Shown piece by piece: positions 14,167-31,900 of a stretch of 64,000 nt of DNA. Position numbers and translations under genes: made by a program. The number at the start of each line of letters is the position of its first letter. Position 1 is the first letter of the stretch. The stretch is from Eledone cirrhosa (taxonomy: Eukaryota), in contig OZ024741.1 of assembly GCA_964016885.1 (NCBI GenBank), positions 159,960,001-160,024,000 on the forward strand. The letters are read 5' to 3'. Below the pieces are notes generated by a model, which saw nothing but the letters and a program-made list of their open reading frames with translations, made no database searches and was not told the origin of the DNA.

Positions 14167-15368
14167 GACAAAACCATTAATCACTTGTTCTACATGGATG
14201 ACCTGAAACTATTTACAAAAAATGATGAACAATTGCAAGGGCTATTATCCACTGTGGAGCAGTTCAGTGATGACATTAAAATGGAGTTTGGACTAGATAA
14301 ATACGCCAAAGCAACGTTCACCAGAGGAAAGCTGCTGAAGAATTCAGACATTAATCTTGATCGGGGGAACGTGATAAGAGAGCTTGATCAAGAAAAAACT
14401 TACAAATATCTAGGTGTTTGTGAAGGAGACGGAATCAAGCACTCGACAATGAGGGAAAGGATAAGGAAGGAATGTTACCGCAGAGTAAGAGCAATCTTAA
14501 GAACGGAATCGAATGCAAGGAATAGGATCGATGCCATAAACACGCTTGCCATACCAGTAGTAACCTACAGTTACAATGTCATCAACTGGTCAAGCACAGA
14601 GATCCGTAGGCTCGATACAAAAATTCGAAAATTCTTGACCATGCACAGAATGCATCACCCTAAGGCAGATATAGATAGAATATATCTCCCTAGGAAATAA
14701 GGAGGACGTGGGTTAGTCCAGTTAGACATTGCGTTGAAAACTGCAACAATTGGATTATCTACATATCTAAGGGAATCACATGATTGGATGATCAAACACG
14801 TTTTGAAACACGAAAGCATCAAAAGATCATATTCCATTACAAAAGATGCACAAAGATACAGTAATGGACTACAAATTTCAGAAGTCCCATTTACTGCTGA
14901 AATGGAAAACACAGAAAAAGCAAAGCAGGTAAAAGTAACTGCAAAGAAAGAACTGCTACAGAAACTGGCTAAGAAATGGCAAGAAAAGCCTCTGTATGGA
15001 AAATACCCAGAGCGAGCTAACAATCCTGATGTTGACAAAACTTTAACCCATCAGTGGTTGGCATCCTCTGGACTGAAACCAGTGGTTGTAGGCGCTCTGG
15101 GAATGATACCTAAGGGGTCTAATGATTACTTATCGCAAATCCCAGGAAACCCGCGTATGGGAGAAATACAAAAGATAGTACTAATAGGAACTGCCCATAT
15201 ACTAAGGAAGATTCTGTCAATATAAGTACATCACAAGTCTAAACACCTAAAGATAATGTGTGAGTATGTATGTTCTTTCTTGAACATGGCGGACCTTGTT
15301 GTCTCTTGAGGTCACTGGTTGTGACTTGGTGATAACTCGTATGAACATAAAGCAAGATAAATGCAACT

Positions 15369-15370
<2 letters not shown>
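14167..15370 (+). mobile_element. R4/Dong-like LINE, family B, 5'-truncated and internally deleted
   Basis: HLFYMDDLKLF, YKYLG, DRIYLPRK*GGRGL, then GLK joined directly to PVVVGALG. Distinct 3'UTR and (AAT)n tail. Confidence 0.85.
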
Positions 15371-15423
<53 letters not shown>

Positions 15424-15425
<2 letters not shown>

Positions 15426-16426
15426 GAGGTCTTATCAGCATAGAGGACTGTGTTCAGATGGAGAAAAACAACCTACACAAATACGTGACTGATAGTAAGG
15501 AGCCAATGCTCAGAATTGTACTGAAGGAGAGGACAATAGACCAGGGGATGTCCAAGGAGGAAATAACAACAAGGAGAAAGAGCAACCTTCATGAAAAATC
15601 CCTTCATAGTACCTTGTTTGAGAAAACTGATTTCAGAGATCCACAGACATGGAACTGGTTGAAAAGAGGAGACCTTAAAAATGCTACAGAAGGAATGCTA
15701 ATGGCTGCGCAAGAGCAGGCCCTCAAAACGTAGTGGCTGAAACTCCATATTTACAAGGAGGAGGCTAGCCCACTGTGCAGGATGTGTGGAGAGAGAGAGA
15801 GGAGACTGTGGCTCCCATTGTATCCGAGTGTAAACACCTAGCCCAGACTCACTATAAAGGCTGGAGACATGATGTGATGGGCAGGGTGATCCACTGGCAC
15901 CTATGCAATGTAAACAATTTACCACATTCTGAGAAGTAGTATGAGCATAAGCCAGAGTCGGTGATAGAAAACGATCAGGTGAAGGTGCTGTGGGATTTTA
16001 GGATACAGACGGACAAGAAACTGGAACACAATAGACCTGACCTGGTGGTTTTGGACAAGGAAAAAAGATCGTGCCTGATTGTGGATGTGGCCTGCCCATT
16101 CGACACGAGAGTGCAAGAGAAGAAGAGAGAGAAAATTAACCGATACCAGGACTTAAAGTGGGAGGTAAAAAGTATTTGGAACTGCCATGAAGTCAAAGTG
16201 GTCTCGATTGTCATAGGCTCACAAGGTACTATCTCAAAAATTTCCAGGGATGGTTAAAGAAGGTTGTCCCCGCCCCGCTTTTTGGAACACTTCAAAAGGC
16301 ATGCTTGCTGGAAACAGCAAGAACCCTCCGATACGTCCTGAATATCTGAGGCTGCAGGTAGTGGCTTGATATTCATTTCAACAAACTTTCCAGTTAACTA
16401 ACATCAATGACTGAGACTCAAAGAAC
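15424..16426 (+). mobile_element. R4/Dong-like family A copy 2 (more diverged)
   Basis: Same motifs as copy 1 with stops. (AAT)n on both sides. Confidence 0.9.
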
Positions 16427-16476
<50 letters not shown>

Positions 16477-16478
<2 letters not shown>

Positions 16479-17292
16479 GTACCTTCTTTGAGAAAACTGA
16501 ATTTAGAGATCCACAGACATGGAACTGGTTGAGAAGAGGAGACCTCAAAAAGGCTACAGAAGGAATGCTAATGGCTGCGCAGGAGCAGGCCCTCAAAACG
16601 AAGTGGTTGAAGCACCATATCTACAAGGAGGAGGCCAGCCCACTGTGCAGGATCTGTGGAGAGAGAGAGGAGACTGTGGCTCACATTGTGTCCGAGTGTA
16701 AACACCTAGCCCAGACCCACTATAAGGGCTGGAGACACGATGTGATGGGCAGGGTGATCCACTGGCACCTGTGCAAAGTAAACAATCTACCACATTCTGA
16801 GAAATGGTATGAGCATAGGCCAGAGGCGGTGATGGAGAACAATCAGGTGAAGGTGCTGTGGGATTTTAGGATACAGACGGACAAAAAACTGGAACACAAT
16901 AGACTTGACCTGGTGGTTGTGGACAAAGAAAAAAGATCGTGCCTGATTGTGGATGTGGCCTGCCCGTTCGACACGAGAGTGCAAGAGAAGGAGAGGGAGA
17001 AAATTAACCGATACCAGGACCTAAAGTGGGAGGTGAAAAGGATTTGGAACTGCCATGAAGTCAAAGTGATCCCGATTGTCATAGGCGCACTGGGGACTAT
17101 CTCCAAAAGTTTCCAGGGATGGTTAAAGAAAATCGGCCCCTTCACGCTTTTTGGAACGCTTCAAAAGGCATGCTTGCTTGGAACAGCAAGAACCCTCCGA
17201 TACGTCCTGAATATCTGAGGCTGCAGGTAGTGGCTTGATATTCAATCCAACGGACTTTCCAGTTAACCAACATCAATGACTGAGATTCAAGG
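16477..17292 (+). mobile_element. R4/Dong-like family A copy 3
   Basis: ORF 16529-17218. Nearly identical to 13320-14140. (AAT)n on both sides. Confidence 0.9.
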
Positions 17293-17304
17293 AATAACAG
17301 TAAC

Positions 17305-17356
<52 letters not shown>

Positions 17357-17362
<6 letters not shown>

Positions 17363-17568
17363 GGACGATTTATTATGTCTTGATTACGTTTATTGAGTAG
17401 TGACGCGCGTTTCGCTATTTATCAACTCAATGTTCAATATGTATCGATTTAACCTGACACTGAGATCAATAGCTCGATACAGATCAAACCATGAGCTGGT
17501 CAATAGCAAAACGTGCGTCATTACTCAATAAACGTAATGAAGACCTAACAAATCGTCCTTTTTATTAT
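17357..17568. repeat. Imperfect inverted repeat with degenerate hammerhead core (Penelope-like terminus)
   Basis: Arms AAAAGGACGATT...GACGCGCGTTTCGCTATT and AATAGCAAAACGTGCGTC...AATCGTCCTTTT. Same family as ~33730-33900. Confidence 0.65.
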
Positions 17569-17669
17569 ATATATACACACATATATATTCCTTGTTAAAA
17601 GAGTTAATTAATTCAGGTGGGAATCATTTTCGCCACATAATTAGTCCGAATGTAATTTAACGTACATAG

Positions 17670-20872
<3,203 letters not shown>

Positions 20873-21174
20873 TATTATGAAATATGTCAGTGTAGTTTTA
20901 TCATTACCAATAACATCATTGTAATTATTGTTGTTGTAGCAAATAAAAAAGTCTACAGTACTCTTGTTATTATTAGCTCTTGTCATTGTTCATGTTACTG
21001 ATATTAGTGACGTAATTATGGTGGTATTTCTTCTTATTATTGCTGCTGTCGTTGTAGCTTGGGTTGGGTTTTTTTTTATTTCAGCTGTTGGTGGAGTTGA
21101 TTGGTAGTTGTCGCCGTCGTCGGCGTCGTCATCAACCTAACCATCACCATCACTACCATCATCATCGTCGCTAT

Positions 21175-21735
21175 CATCATTAACATAATAAATATCAGAA
21201 ACATAATAAATATCATAAATATCATCACCGTCACCATCATTATCATCATTAACATAATAAATATCATAAATATCATCACCGTCACCATCATTATCATCAT
21301 TAACATAATAAATATCATAAATATCATCACCGTCACCATCATTATCATCATTAACATAATAAATATCATAAATATCATCACCGTCACCATCATTATCATC
21401 ATTAACATAATAAATATCATAAATATCATCACCGTCACCATCATTATCATCATTAACATAATAAATATCATAAATATCATCACCATCACCATCATTATCA
21501 TCATTAACATAATAAATATCATAAATATCATCACCGTCACCATCATTATCATCATTAACATAATAAATATCATAAATATCATCACCGTCACCATCATTAT
21601 CATCATTAACATAATAAATATCATAAATATCATCACCGTCACCATCATTATCATCATTAACATAATAAATATCATAAATATCATCACCGTCACCATCATT
21701 ATCATCATTAACATAATACATATCATAAATATCAT
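21175..21735. repeat. 51-bp minisatellite (~10 near-perfect units) within a degenerate (ATC)n field extending to ~22170
   Basis: The ACCGTCACC marker recurs every 51 bp (21227, 21278, ...). The ORF track shows a 17-aa period. Confidence 0.9.
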
Positions 21736-22006
21736 CAACATCATCATCATCGTCGTTATCATCGTTAATATAAGTATCATCACCATCACCATCACCATCA
21801 TCGTCATCGTCGTTATCATCATTAACACAAATATCATCACCATCACCATCACCATCACCATCACCATCATCATCGTCGTTATCATCATCAACACAAATAT
21901 CATCCCCACCACCACCACCATCATCATCACCATCATCATCATGACCGTCATCATCATCAATATCATCGTCGTCATAATCATCATCATAAACACAAACATC
22001 ATCCCT

Positions 22007-22039
<33 letters not shown>

Positions 22040-22429
22040 GTCATCATCATTACCATCATCATCATCATCGTCATCATCCTTACCATCGTCATCATCATTA
22101 TCATCATCAGCATCATCACCATCATCATCATCATCGTTATTACCATCATCATCATCACCATCACCATCATCAGTGTTCCCACATCTTCATATTTTTTCAT
22201 TCACTATCAATATCTTTATATCTTTTTTTTTCGGGGGGGGGGGGGGGGGTTATTACAACACTCCTGTTATTGTTATAACTATTGTTATTATTGTTATAAC
22301 TATTGTTAATATTACTATATTACTGTGATTAATATTTTAATGTTTTCTTAATGTCGGCCCTGTGTGGCTAATAAAGAAGAGAAATCGATATTTTATTACT
22401 GTTGTTGTTGTTGTTATTATTATTATTAT

Positions 22430-22588
22430 TGTTCTTTGAGTCTCAGTCATTGATGTTATTTAACTGGAAAGTTTGTTGAAATGAATATCAAGCCACTACC
22501 TGCAGCCTCAGATATTCAGGACGTATCGGAGGGTTCTTGCTGTTCCCAACAAGCATGCCTTTTGAAGCGTTCCAAAAAGCGGGTCTGG
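22430..22588 (-). mobile_element. R4/Dong-like family A 3' tip
   Basis: Reverse complement of the family A end (LQKACLLGTARTLRYVLNI plus 3'UTR), abutting (TTA)n. Confidence 0.85.
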
Positions 22589-22620
22589 ACTAATTTTCTT
22601 TAACCTTTATTATTATTATT

Positions 22621-23803
22621 CTGCTGCAAGCACCCTCTACGCGGATGCTGGGCATGCCGTGGCTAATGATGCGCAGACATGCGTTGAGGCTGCGACATCT
22701 CCAGATATTCTGCCTCAACGGTGAACAGGTGTGGTCGCCGTTTATCAGACGGGCCTTTCCGCAGCTCATTTCTTTGACTGAGCTGCAGTCCTGGGTCAAG
22801 AAGAGACCGAGACTGGGTGACTGGCAACTGGAATGTTGCCAGGCACTCACTGCCCTCTACCAAGCGGGCAATGCGATCAGTGGAACTTCCACTCTCGAGT
22901 TCTATAGAGGATTAGTGGTGGGCAAGTGCGATGACGCACTCGGAGAAGCTTTGGGTCTCGACGAAGTCGAACTGACCAGTCTGTACCGGAGGACTTTTGA
23001 GCCGGGACGATGGACAATTTCCAGAAATCCCTCGCTTGGCAGTGCTACCGGGGGACACTGCCGGTTCGGGATAAACTCTACAGGCACGGAAGTGCTGTCA
23101 GACGGAACTGCCCAAGATGCGCACAGAACGACGAAACCGTTCTGCACGCACTTGTCCAATGTCCGTGCATTACTGACTTGTGGAGTTATGTCGAACAGCT
23201 ACTGTCGCGTGTGGAACGAATCCGGCTATCGGCCGAGTCCATAGTGAAGATCGATCCACCGCCTTCCTTAGGTCAGGAAGAGCAGGAAATTTTCCTATGT
23301 CTGGTGGCAGTTGCGAAAGAGATTATATGGTGGACTAGGTTGAAAGGACTAAAGACAGACACTTTTCTCTTCGGCCCATCCCTCATCAACTTCTTCAAGT
23401 TTCACCTGGAAAGGAAGGTGAGGGTGGAGAGAGAAGTGCTACCCCCCAGTACATTTGCTAAGAGGTGGGTTAATGTGGCGAGAATGGCTCGTGTGAATGG
23501 GCCTACTCTGACCATGCGCCTATAGGCTGGCTAACTTGAGGAAAGGGGTGCTCTCCCTGGGTGCCCTAGAAGCGCAGGGTGGTTCAGGATTGGTGGGGTA
23601 CCTGAAGCACCCCAGGGTCGTACACCCCCTATCGGGGAATTTATTTTGTTATATTTATGCATAGTTTATTTTATATTTTTATATTTTCATTGTTAAATTA
23701 GTCTTGCCATTGTGCACTTTTACTCGACCTTATTGTAAACCCCCACTGTCCCTGTCTTTGTATTGTCCCCTACATGTCGCCCTGGTGGCTAATAAATGAA
23801 ATC
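22621..23803 (+). mobile_element. 5'-truncated Tx1-clade LINE in (ATT)n
   Basis: ORFs 22645-23244 and 23010-23525 (LGMPWLMMRRHALRLRHL; CPRC..ETVLHALVQC). Ends GGCTAATAAATGAAATC followed by (ATT)n. (TTA)n upstream. Confidence 0.9.
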
Positions 23804-23820
23804 ATTATTATTATTATTAA

Positions 23821-24785
23821 TGTTCTTTGAGTCTCAGTCATTGATGTTAGTTAACTGTAAAGTTTGTTGAAATGAATATCAAGCCACTACCTGCAGCCTC
23901 AGATATTCAGGACGTATCGGAGGGTTCTTGCTATTTCCAGCAAGCATGCCGTTTGAAGTGTTCCAAAAAGCGGGGCGGGCCAACCTTCTTTAACCATCCC
24001 TGGAAACCTTTTGAGATAGTACCTAGTGCGCCTATGACAATCGGGACCACTTTGACTTCATGGCAGTTCCAAATCCTTTTTACCTCCCACTTTAAGTCCT
24101 GGTATCGGTTAATTTTCTCCCTCTCCTTCTCTTGCATTCTCGTGTCGAATGGGCAGGCCACATCCACAATCAGGCACGATCTTTTTTCCTTGTCCAAAAA
24201 CACCAGGTCAGGTCTATTGTGTTCCAGTTTCTTGTCCGTCTGTATCCTAAAATCCCACAGCACCTTCACCTGATCGTTTTCTATCACCTACTCTGGCTTA
24301 TGCTCATACCACTTCTCAGAATGTGGTAAATTGTTTACTTTGCATAGGTGCCAGTGGATCACCCTGCCCATCACATCATGTCTCCAGCCTTTATAGTGAG
24401 TCTGGGTTAGGTGTTTACACTCGGATACAATGTGAGCCACGGTCTCCTCTCTCCACAGATCCTGCACAGTGGGATAGCCTCCTCCTTGTAAATATGGTGT
24501 TTCAGCCACTTCGTTTTGAGGGCCTGCTCTTGCGCAGTCATTAGCATTCCTTCTGTAGCATTTTTAAGGTCTCCTCTTTTCAACCAGTTCCATGTCTGTG
24601 GATCTCTGAAATCAGTTTTCTCAAACAAGGTACTATAAAGGGATTTTTCATGAAGGTTGCTCTTTCTCCTTGTTGTTATTTCCTCCTTGGACATCCCCTA
24701 GTCTATTGTCCTCTCCTTCAGTACAATTCTGAGCATTGGCTCCCTACTATCAGTCACGTATTTGTGTAGGTTGTTTTTCTCCATC
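23821..24785 (-). mobile_element. R4/Dong-like family A copy (same subtype as 15424-16426)
   Basis: ORFs 23931-24287, 24288-24509 and 24407-24694 on the minus strand. (ATT)n on both sides. Confidence 0.9.
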
Positions 24786-24796
24786 ATTATTATTAT

Positions 24797-24902
24797 TAAA
24801 TCCCGCCGAGGTTGACTTTGCCTTTCATCCTTACGGGGTCGATAAAATAAAGTACCAGTAATGAACTGGGTAATTGCTGGCCTTGTGCCTAAAATAGAAA
24901 CA

Positions 24903-24905
<3 letters not shown>
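24797..24905 (+). mobile_element. SINE 3' half with long (ATT)n tail
   Basis: AAATCCCGCCGAGGTTGACTTTGCCTTTCATCC...AATAGAAACAATTATT. Confidence 0.8.
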
Positions 24906-24983
<78 letters not shown>

Positions 24984-25028
24984 GTTGTTGTTGTTGTTGT
25001 TGTTGTTGTTACTGTTGTTGTTGTTATC

Positions 25029-25081
<53 letters not shown>

Positions 25082-25085
25082 TATA

Positions 25086-25148
<63 letters not shown>

Positions 25149-25549
25149 TTATTGCTGTTGTTGTTGTTAATTATTATTATACTGCGAGATAGAAATCATT
25201 ACAACGTCAGAAGTCATGAACCACCATTACTGTTACAAACATTGTTGTTGTTGTTGTTATCATTATCATCATAATGGCTATTGTTGTTGCTGTTTTTGTT
25301 GTTGTTCCATTATAATTCCATTTCATCGTGTATCTAATTAATTAATTAATTTAACCAACAAACAATATAATTAATCAATTTTGCCAGATTCATGCATGTT
25401 AATGTTGGTCTCTTGTACCTCAGTGCCACTTACCTCACTGATAACCAACTCTCTTTCTCCCCCCCCCTCTCTCTCTCTCTCTCTCATTTTAGATCCTCCT
25501 GCCCTATCTCATACATGTCAATGCACCCCTTCTCCATTCATCCCTGCTC

Positions 25550-25631
<82 letters not shown>

Positions 25632-25825
25632 TCTCTCTCTCCTTTTCCTTCCACCTTTTCTCTTTCGCACATGGAATCTGGGCTTTTTACCCTTAGAAAA
25701 CACCTTCACATTATTTATAACATTCACGTGATTCTCAATCATATCTGATTCACACACGCACCCCGAACGCTTGTAAGCACATACACACACGTGCATGTGT
25801 GTGAGAGTGCATGTATAAATATATG

Positions 25826-25924
<99 letters not shown>

Positions 25925-26189
25925 GATGGCTGCGACTCGATTTCGAGTAATCGCTTGATACTTAAGCATGAGCATCACGGACGTGGCTTCCTAGTCCTGC
26001 CAGGGTCTTGCCTATGGCCAGTAATACCAGCGCAGTACTAACAGGCATTTGTCACAGAAATCTGACGAAATCGACAAAAAAATTCAAAATATTCTACTTT
26101 GAAAAGACCCTTAGAGATGTACACATTATACAAATTTGTGGTAAAATTTAAGATTTACCCCATGTTGAAAGTATTGGTCAGGGATAAAG

Positions 26190-26590
26190 ACACGGCAGTA
26201 GGTGTTAATTGGACGACAAGGTCACTTCAGAAGCTCTTTACATTCCAGAACCACATCATGAGTCTTATGACTGTCAAGCGGCTCAGCGACCGTATCTGTA
26301 TCAGTGAGCTGCTCAACATTACCAAACTTAGACCAATTACATCAATTGTCAAGAGTACTCAAACTATACCGTCATATAAAAAGAACAACTCGCGCTGTGA
26401 GTCGGTTATGCCTGGAAGGAAGGTTGGCTGGTAGGAGAAGCAGAGGCCGGCAGCCAAAACGATGGCTTGACAATGTCAACTTATGGACTGTACTTGATCT
26501 TTGCTCTTTGAACTCAGTTGCTGGTGATCGAACTTTGTGGAGAGAGATATCACACGTTAATGCGCAGTCTGCGGAGTTTAGCGTAACAAA
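26190..26590 (+). mobile_element. RTE-clade 3' fragment
   Basis: LEGRLAGRRSRGRQPKRWLDNV..WT...A.DR.LW. Confidence 0.65.
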
Positions 26591-27142
26591 AAAAAAAAAA
26601 AAATTCTTAATATGAAACTCAAATAAGTTCTGCAAGATCTAAAAATTACCGGCAACACCGTAGTCTGTAAAAGTGGCAAGTTTTGTATGGTATTTCTACT
26701 TTATGAATGAAGACAAATATATTGAAAAATGAACATTTTGTTCAACGATGAAAAACATTTCTGATGATTCAGAAAAACAGCACCGTTGAAATAAAAATTA
26801 CACTTAATTAATTAGGATGATGAACAGGATCACTTCCACATTGAAGATAAATTCATCCCAGTCTCTCCCCACCTCACTCACTCACTCTCTCTTTCTCTCT
26901 CTCTCTATCTGTATATATATCTGTCTATCTATCTATCTATCTTGATAGAGTAAGACACGCTTCACATCGGCTCCGCTATTCCATCGGAATTTACCCTTAC
27001 TATAGTAAGTACCAGAGAATTTTTTCAGTGCAACACATTTGAAACACCTACCCCTGTTATTTAGGGAAAAATTTTACATTTACCCCCTTTTTAGGGGGTA
27101 AAATAAATATCTATATTGCTGTAAAATCTCTTTCTCGGCAGC

Positions 27143-28990
27143 ATGGCGGAACAGATAGCAGACATGTCTGCCATTAGCTCTGCCACGCCCCTCAAGTCTG
27201 AAGAACAAAAAGAAATAGATACAACAAAACTAGACAACGAAACAAACAAGGAAAATGAAAAAACAAATGTTACGGAAAATGAGCAAACGGAAAACAAACA
27301 AACAGAAAATAAGAACACAAATAACAACAAGGCAACTTTCGCCCAGAAAACAAAACAGTCCATAACATATACACCAATAGACTTAACTGCCGCCAGAGAA
27401 AAACTGGCCGAAGCAAAAAAACACATAGTCTTGGGGGAGAACGGAATGTTTTCCATTAACTCCCCCCCAGAATTCAAGAAAGCGAGAACAGAGAGCACAG
27501 TTCTCTTCAGAACAATATTAAACCAAACGAGAAAGCCAGCACAGCCCAGCCAAATGGAGATAGAGTTGGTCCTAAAAGACTATATGAAGAATATTCTCTT
27601 CATACGAAAGGACCGACTCTATGGCAGCATTTCGGTCTTAACAAAAGACAAGGAAACGGCGCAGAAGCTTTCCCTAAGCCCACTCTCATCAACAACATAC
27701 AGCTTCTATCCCTCCTACATGGGTAGAAGAACACAGAGAGTCAAAGTACAAACAATGCTGCCCACAATGGACTTCTGGTGGGCTATTGCTGGCTTCATAG
27801 ACATGGGCGAGGACACAGTGCTGTCAATGGGGAAGGCATCTGGAGATGCGTTCCTGGGAATGGGCCTCGACCTACTAGTCCAAATGAGGCCCGAAAGAGT
27901 GGCACAAATCCCGGATCGCATCTGGCTGGATGACCTCACCCCAATAGATATAATTGTAGAGGGGAGAAGACCAGCATGCTATTTATGCACGGAAAGGGGA
28001 CACGTTAAGGCTAAGTGCCCGAAACGTATACCCCAAAAAGGACTATTGCCCACACCCACCACAAACAGTACACCAACACCACCCAGCTCCAAAAATATAC
28101 TAATACCACACACAGCAAACAAAATACAAACACCACCAACCACAAGCACAACACAAACATCACCACCACCAGCACCAAACACAAGCACGACACAAAAATC
28201 ACCACCACCATCACCAACCACAACACAAACACCACCACCACCATCATCCACCACAAGCACGACACAAACATCACCACCACCACCACAAAACGCATTCCAA
28301 ACAAATAATAAAAAAAACAGCAACAAATCTACCCTTCCCGCAAAAAAAACAACCAGACACCACGTCCCTCCCACCTAGCGCTGAAGAGTTTCCCCCAACT
28401 TCTGAAGAAGAAGGAGGAGAAGCCTTCAGACAAGTTAAAAGAAAAAAAGAAAGCACACACCCAGCACACCACAAATAACCCACACACAAACACCAACTCC
28501 AATCAAAAATACCCCACCATCAACAAACAAAATTAAATCTGCGCCTCCCCTCTCCGAAACATTGACAGCATCACAAAAAAAGACGTTGCAATACACATAT
28601 ATAAATAAAGAAAACAAAAAACTGTTTAAATTAATAAACAATAGCCCTTTGGTTTAGACCGAAGGGCCAAACTTTATCTCAACAGAGAACTTCACCCATT
28701 TAAAAATGATAAAAGTCCCTCTGGACCTTTATCGTTCCTTAAAAGAACAATTTAGACAGAAAGTGAGCCCCCCCCCCCCCTGTTTAAAACCGTTAAATCG
28801 CGTCCTCTTGAAAGATTTCCCCATAACCTCCCCTCTCCCTGACACAACTCCAAATACCCCAACCCCACCACACTCGGGTACCGCCACACCACCACAAAAC
28901 ATCCCTCCACCCAACACACCTGACGCCATGGAAATTACACAACCCGGAGAGGTAGGTGCTTTTCTTTCTTCACTTTCAACACCAAAATAG
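27143..28990 (+). pseudogene. Tx1 ORF1 (zinc knuckle, Pro/Thr-rich tail), frameshifted near 28345
   Basis: 411-aa ORF with VEGRRPACYLCTERGHVKAKC. Continues in another frame as ...EEEGGEAFRQVKRKK after an A-run. Confidence 0.8.
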
Positions 28991-28996
28991 ATCAAT

Positions 28997-31900
28997 TGAG
29001 AGTTGGCTGTTTGAACGCGCGTGGCCTGGGCTCAGCTTGGAAACAAACAAAGCTTCTAAGTGACCTCAGGTCATGAAGTATAGATGTGATGGTTGTTTGC
29101 GAGAGTCGGATCAGCAGCGTGCGACAGCTGGCTCTCGCCTTCGATGACTTTGAGATGCACGTATCTCTCTGTCAACCCGGAGGCGGGGGGGGGGGGGGAG
29201 TTGCCGTACTGCTGGATAAACGTCTGGCTCTCGACGTACAGATTGTTCACTCGGACCCGGGGGGACGATTACTGGTGCTGGACGTTGGAGGCGGTGAAGG
29301 TGGGGCTTTCAGACTGGTCGGTCTTTATGCCCCCTTCGGGGCTGAAAGAGCCGACTTCTTCCAGCGTCTGGAGACTTTTCTAGGAACGTCGCGTTCCCTG
29401 CTTTTAGTGGGGGACTGGAATGGAATCCTAGATGCGCGTTGGGACTATGCAGGGGCATGTCCCGATAGAGGGGGTTGTAGCAGCCTCAAGGCGTTACTCG
29501 ATCGATTCGACCTGGTCGATAGATTTCGACTAGATTTTCCAACTGCGCCAACCTGGACCTGGGCAAACCGCAGTGGACAATCTAGATCGTACCTAGATAG
29601 GTTTTTGGTTAGGAGTAAGGATAGGGACGTATTTAGTTGTCCAGAATTGTTCATGGTTGGCTATTCAGATCACAAATTAGTGACCTGCGTGGTCAACCTT
29701 GATAGAACGCATAGACAGGGTCCCGGTTACTGGAAGATGAACTTGTCCTTGCCGGCAAAGAAAGATTACAGGAACCGGATTAATAGCTTAGTTAAGATGC
29801 GGTTGACGGGAGCGATCGTCAACAGCAGGTGGTGGGTATCTCTAAAGAGACAGATTAGAGTAAGTTCGATAGGTTACAGTAAGGAACTAGCGGCGAATAG
29901 AAATAGGAAGGAAAGGGAGTTAACAGATAAACTAGAAGAGGCGATTAGGAGCGGAGACGTGGCCAGAGTGTTAGCGGCGAGAACGGTGTTGAGTCAGTTC
30001 TTTGACGCGAAGCACGAAGGCTGCGTTGTCCGAAGTAAAATACGTGCTTTAGGAAACGAGGGGACCAAAGCTGTTAGCTGGGCCCGCGTGACAGAAGCCA
30101 AGAGTGGGATTAAATCCACCATTCGGTCTTTGCGAGACCAGGATGGACGGGTGATCCTTGAACCTGAGCGGATGTGCGAGGCCTTTCAAAGGCACTTTGC
30201 TCGACTGTTCGGAGGGGGCGGGGGGCCGGACGGGGATGTGGACTTCGGTCCATCACTCGACGGTCTACCGCGTCTTTCGAGCGGCGAAGCGGAGTGCTGC
30301 GAAAGGCCAATCACAGCCACTGAAATCGGGGAAGCGCTCAGCCAATGCAGCAGACGCAAACTCCGGGTCTCGATGGTCTACCATACGAACTATATCTAGC
30401 TATGCCGGTCTTGTTCTCCGAACTCCTCGAGGCTGTCTATTGCAACTGGCAACAGAACGGGAGAATTCCCTGTTCTGTGACCAAGGGCGTGGTCACGCTA
30501 GTGAGGAAGGACGAGAGCAAGGGGGACAACTTAAGTAACTTTAGGCCCATAACTCTGCTGAATGCAGAGTTACAGATTTTGGCCAAGGTGTTGGCGAAGA
30601 GGTTGGCGCTTGTGGTGGGTGGTTTGGTGGGAGACGCGCAGACATGCGCTATCCCGTCCATGTCCATTCACGACAACCTCCACCTCATGCGATACATCAT
30701 AGAGAGGGTTGGCAACGAACCCGGCTTTGGTGGGGCCCTGATCAACTTGGATCAATCTAAGGCGTTCGATAGGGTCGACCATGGTTACCTGGATGCGGTG
30801 CTAGCGGCGGCGGGCTTCGGACCCGTTTTTAGGGGCTGGATTTCTGCCATGCACAGTGGCAATATCTACTCTAGGATTAAAGTAAACGGCTACCTCTCGG
30901 AGCCGTTTCAAATCACCCGGTCCATCAGACAGGGGTGCCCCTTCTCCTCCCTTCTGTACGTATTGACTCTCGAGCCACTGCTGCGGAAGTTGGAGTTGCT
31001 GCGGGGCATACCCCTGGAACCGGGATTGCACAAAGCGGTCTCGGCCTATGCCGACGACGTAACAGTAATGGTGGCGGACGCCTCGGAAATCGGGGCGATC
31101 GCCACCCTACTGGAGGAATACGAAAGGCTGACGGGGGCTAGGCTGAACCGGGACAAGTCAGTCGGTTTGCAACTCGGAACGTGGAGGGGCAAACCGATGC
31201 CGTTAGACGGTGTCGTCGGGCGGTGGACGGAGCGCCCGGTGAAGCTGCTCGGGGTCTGGTTCGGACCGGACCTCCAGGTGGAGAAGAATTGGGGTGAGGT
31301 GACGAGCAGGGTGTTTGCGCTGACCCAGAAGTGGGCCAAGTGCAAACTATCACTGAAAGGTCGGGCGGAGATGACGAACGCTTACATAGCGTCCGTCATC
31401 TACTACCGCCTGACCGTCGTGCCTTGCCCCAAGGAAAAGCTCACCATCATGGAACGCATGCTCTTCCAGTTCCTCTGGAAGAAGCGGCCTCCCATGGTGA
31501 GGAGATCCATCTGCTGCCAGCACCCTTCGAAAGGAGGGCTGGGTATGCCGTGGCTGTTGATGCGTAGGCACGCATTGAGGCTACGGCATCTACAGGTATT
31601 CCTCACCGGTCAGCCGTTGTGGGCCCCGTTTGTGAGGCGAGCCTTCCCACAGCTCGTCTCGCTCACCGAGCTGCAATCCTGGGTGAAGCAAAGACCGAGA
31701 AAACTGGGCAACTGGCACACCGAGTGTGCCCAGGCGCTCACGGCTATCTGGCAAGCGGACCCGACTATCAGTGGAGAATCCACCTCGACATTCTATAGAG
31801 GGCTGGTGGCTAGCAGAGGCGACGACACCATTGGAGAGTCGCTAGGCATGGAGGAGGACGAACTGGCCAGCCTGTTCGGTAGAACTTTCGGCCCGGGACC

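Noticed and set aside
21137-21721. Asp-rich ORF (DDNDGDGDDIYDIYYVN)n resembling EF-hand loops or acidic shell proteins
   Set aside because: It follows automatically from an ATC-derived minisatellite open in several frames. No signal peptide or exon context was seen.
21175-21735. CRISPR-like array
   Set aside because: Units are contiguous and identical with no unique spacers, there are no cas genes, and the context is eukaryotic.
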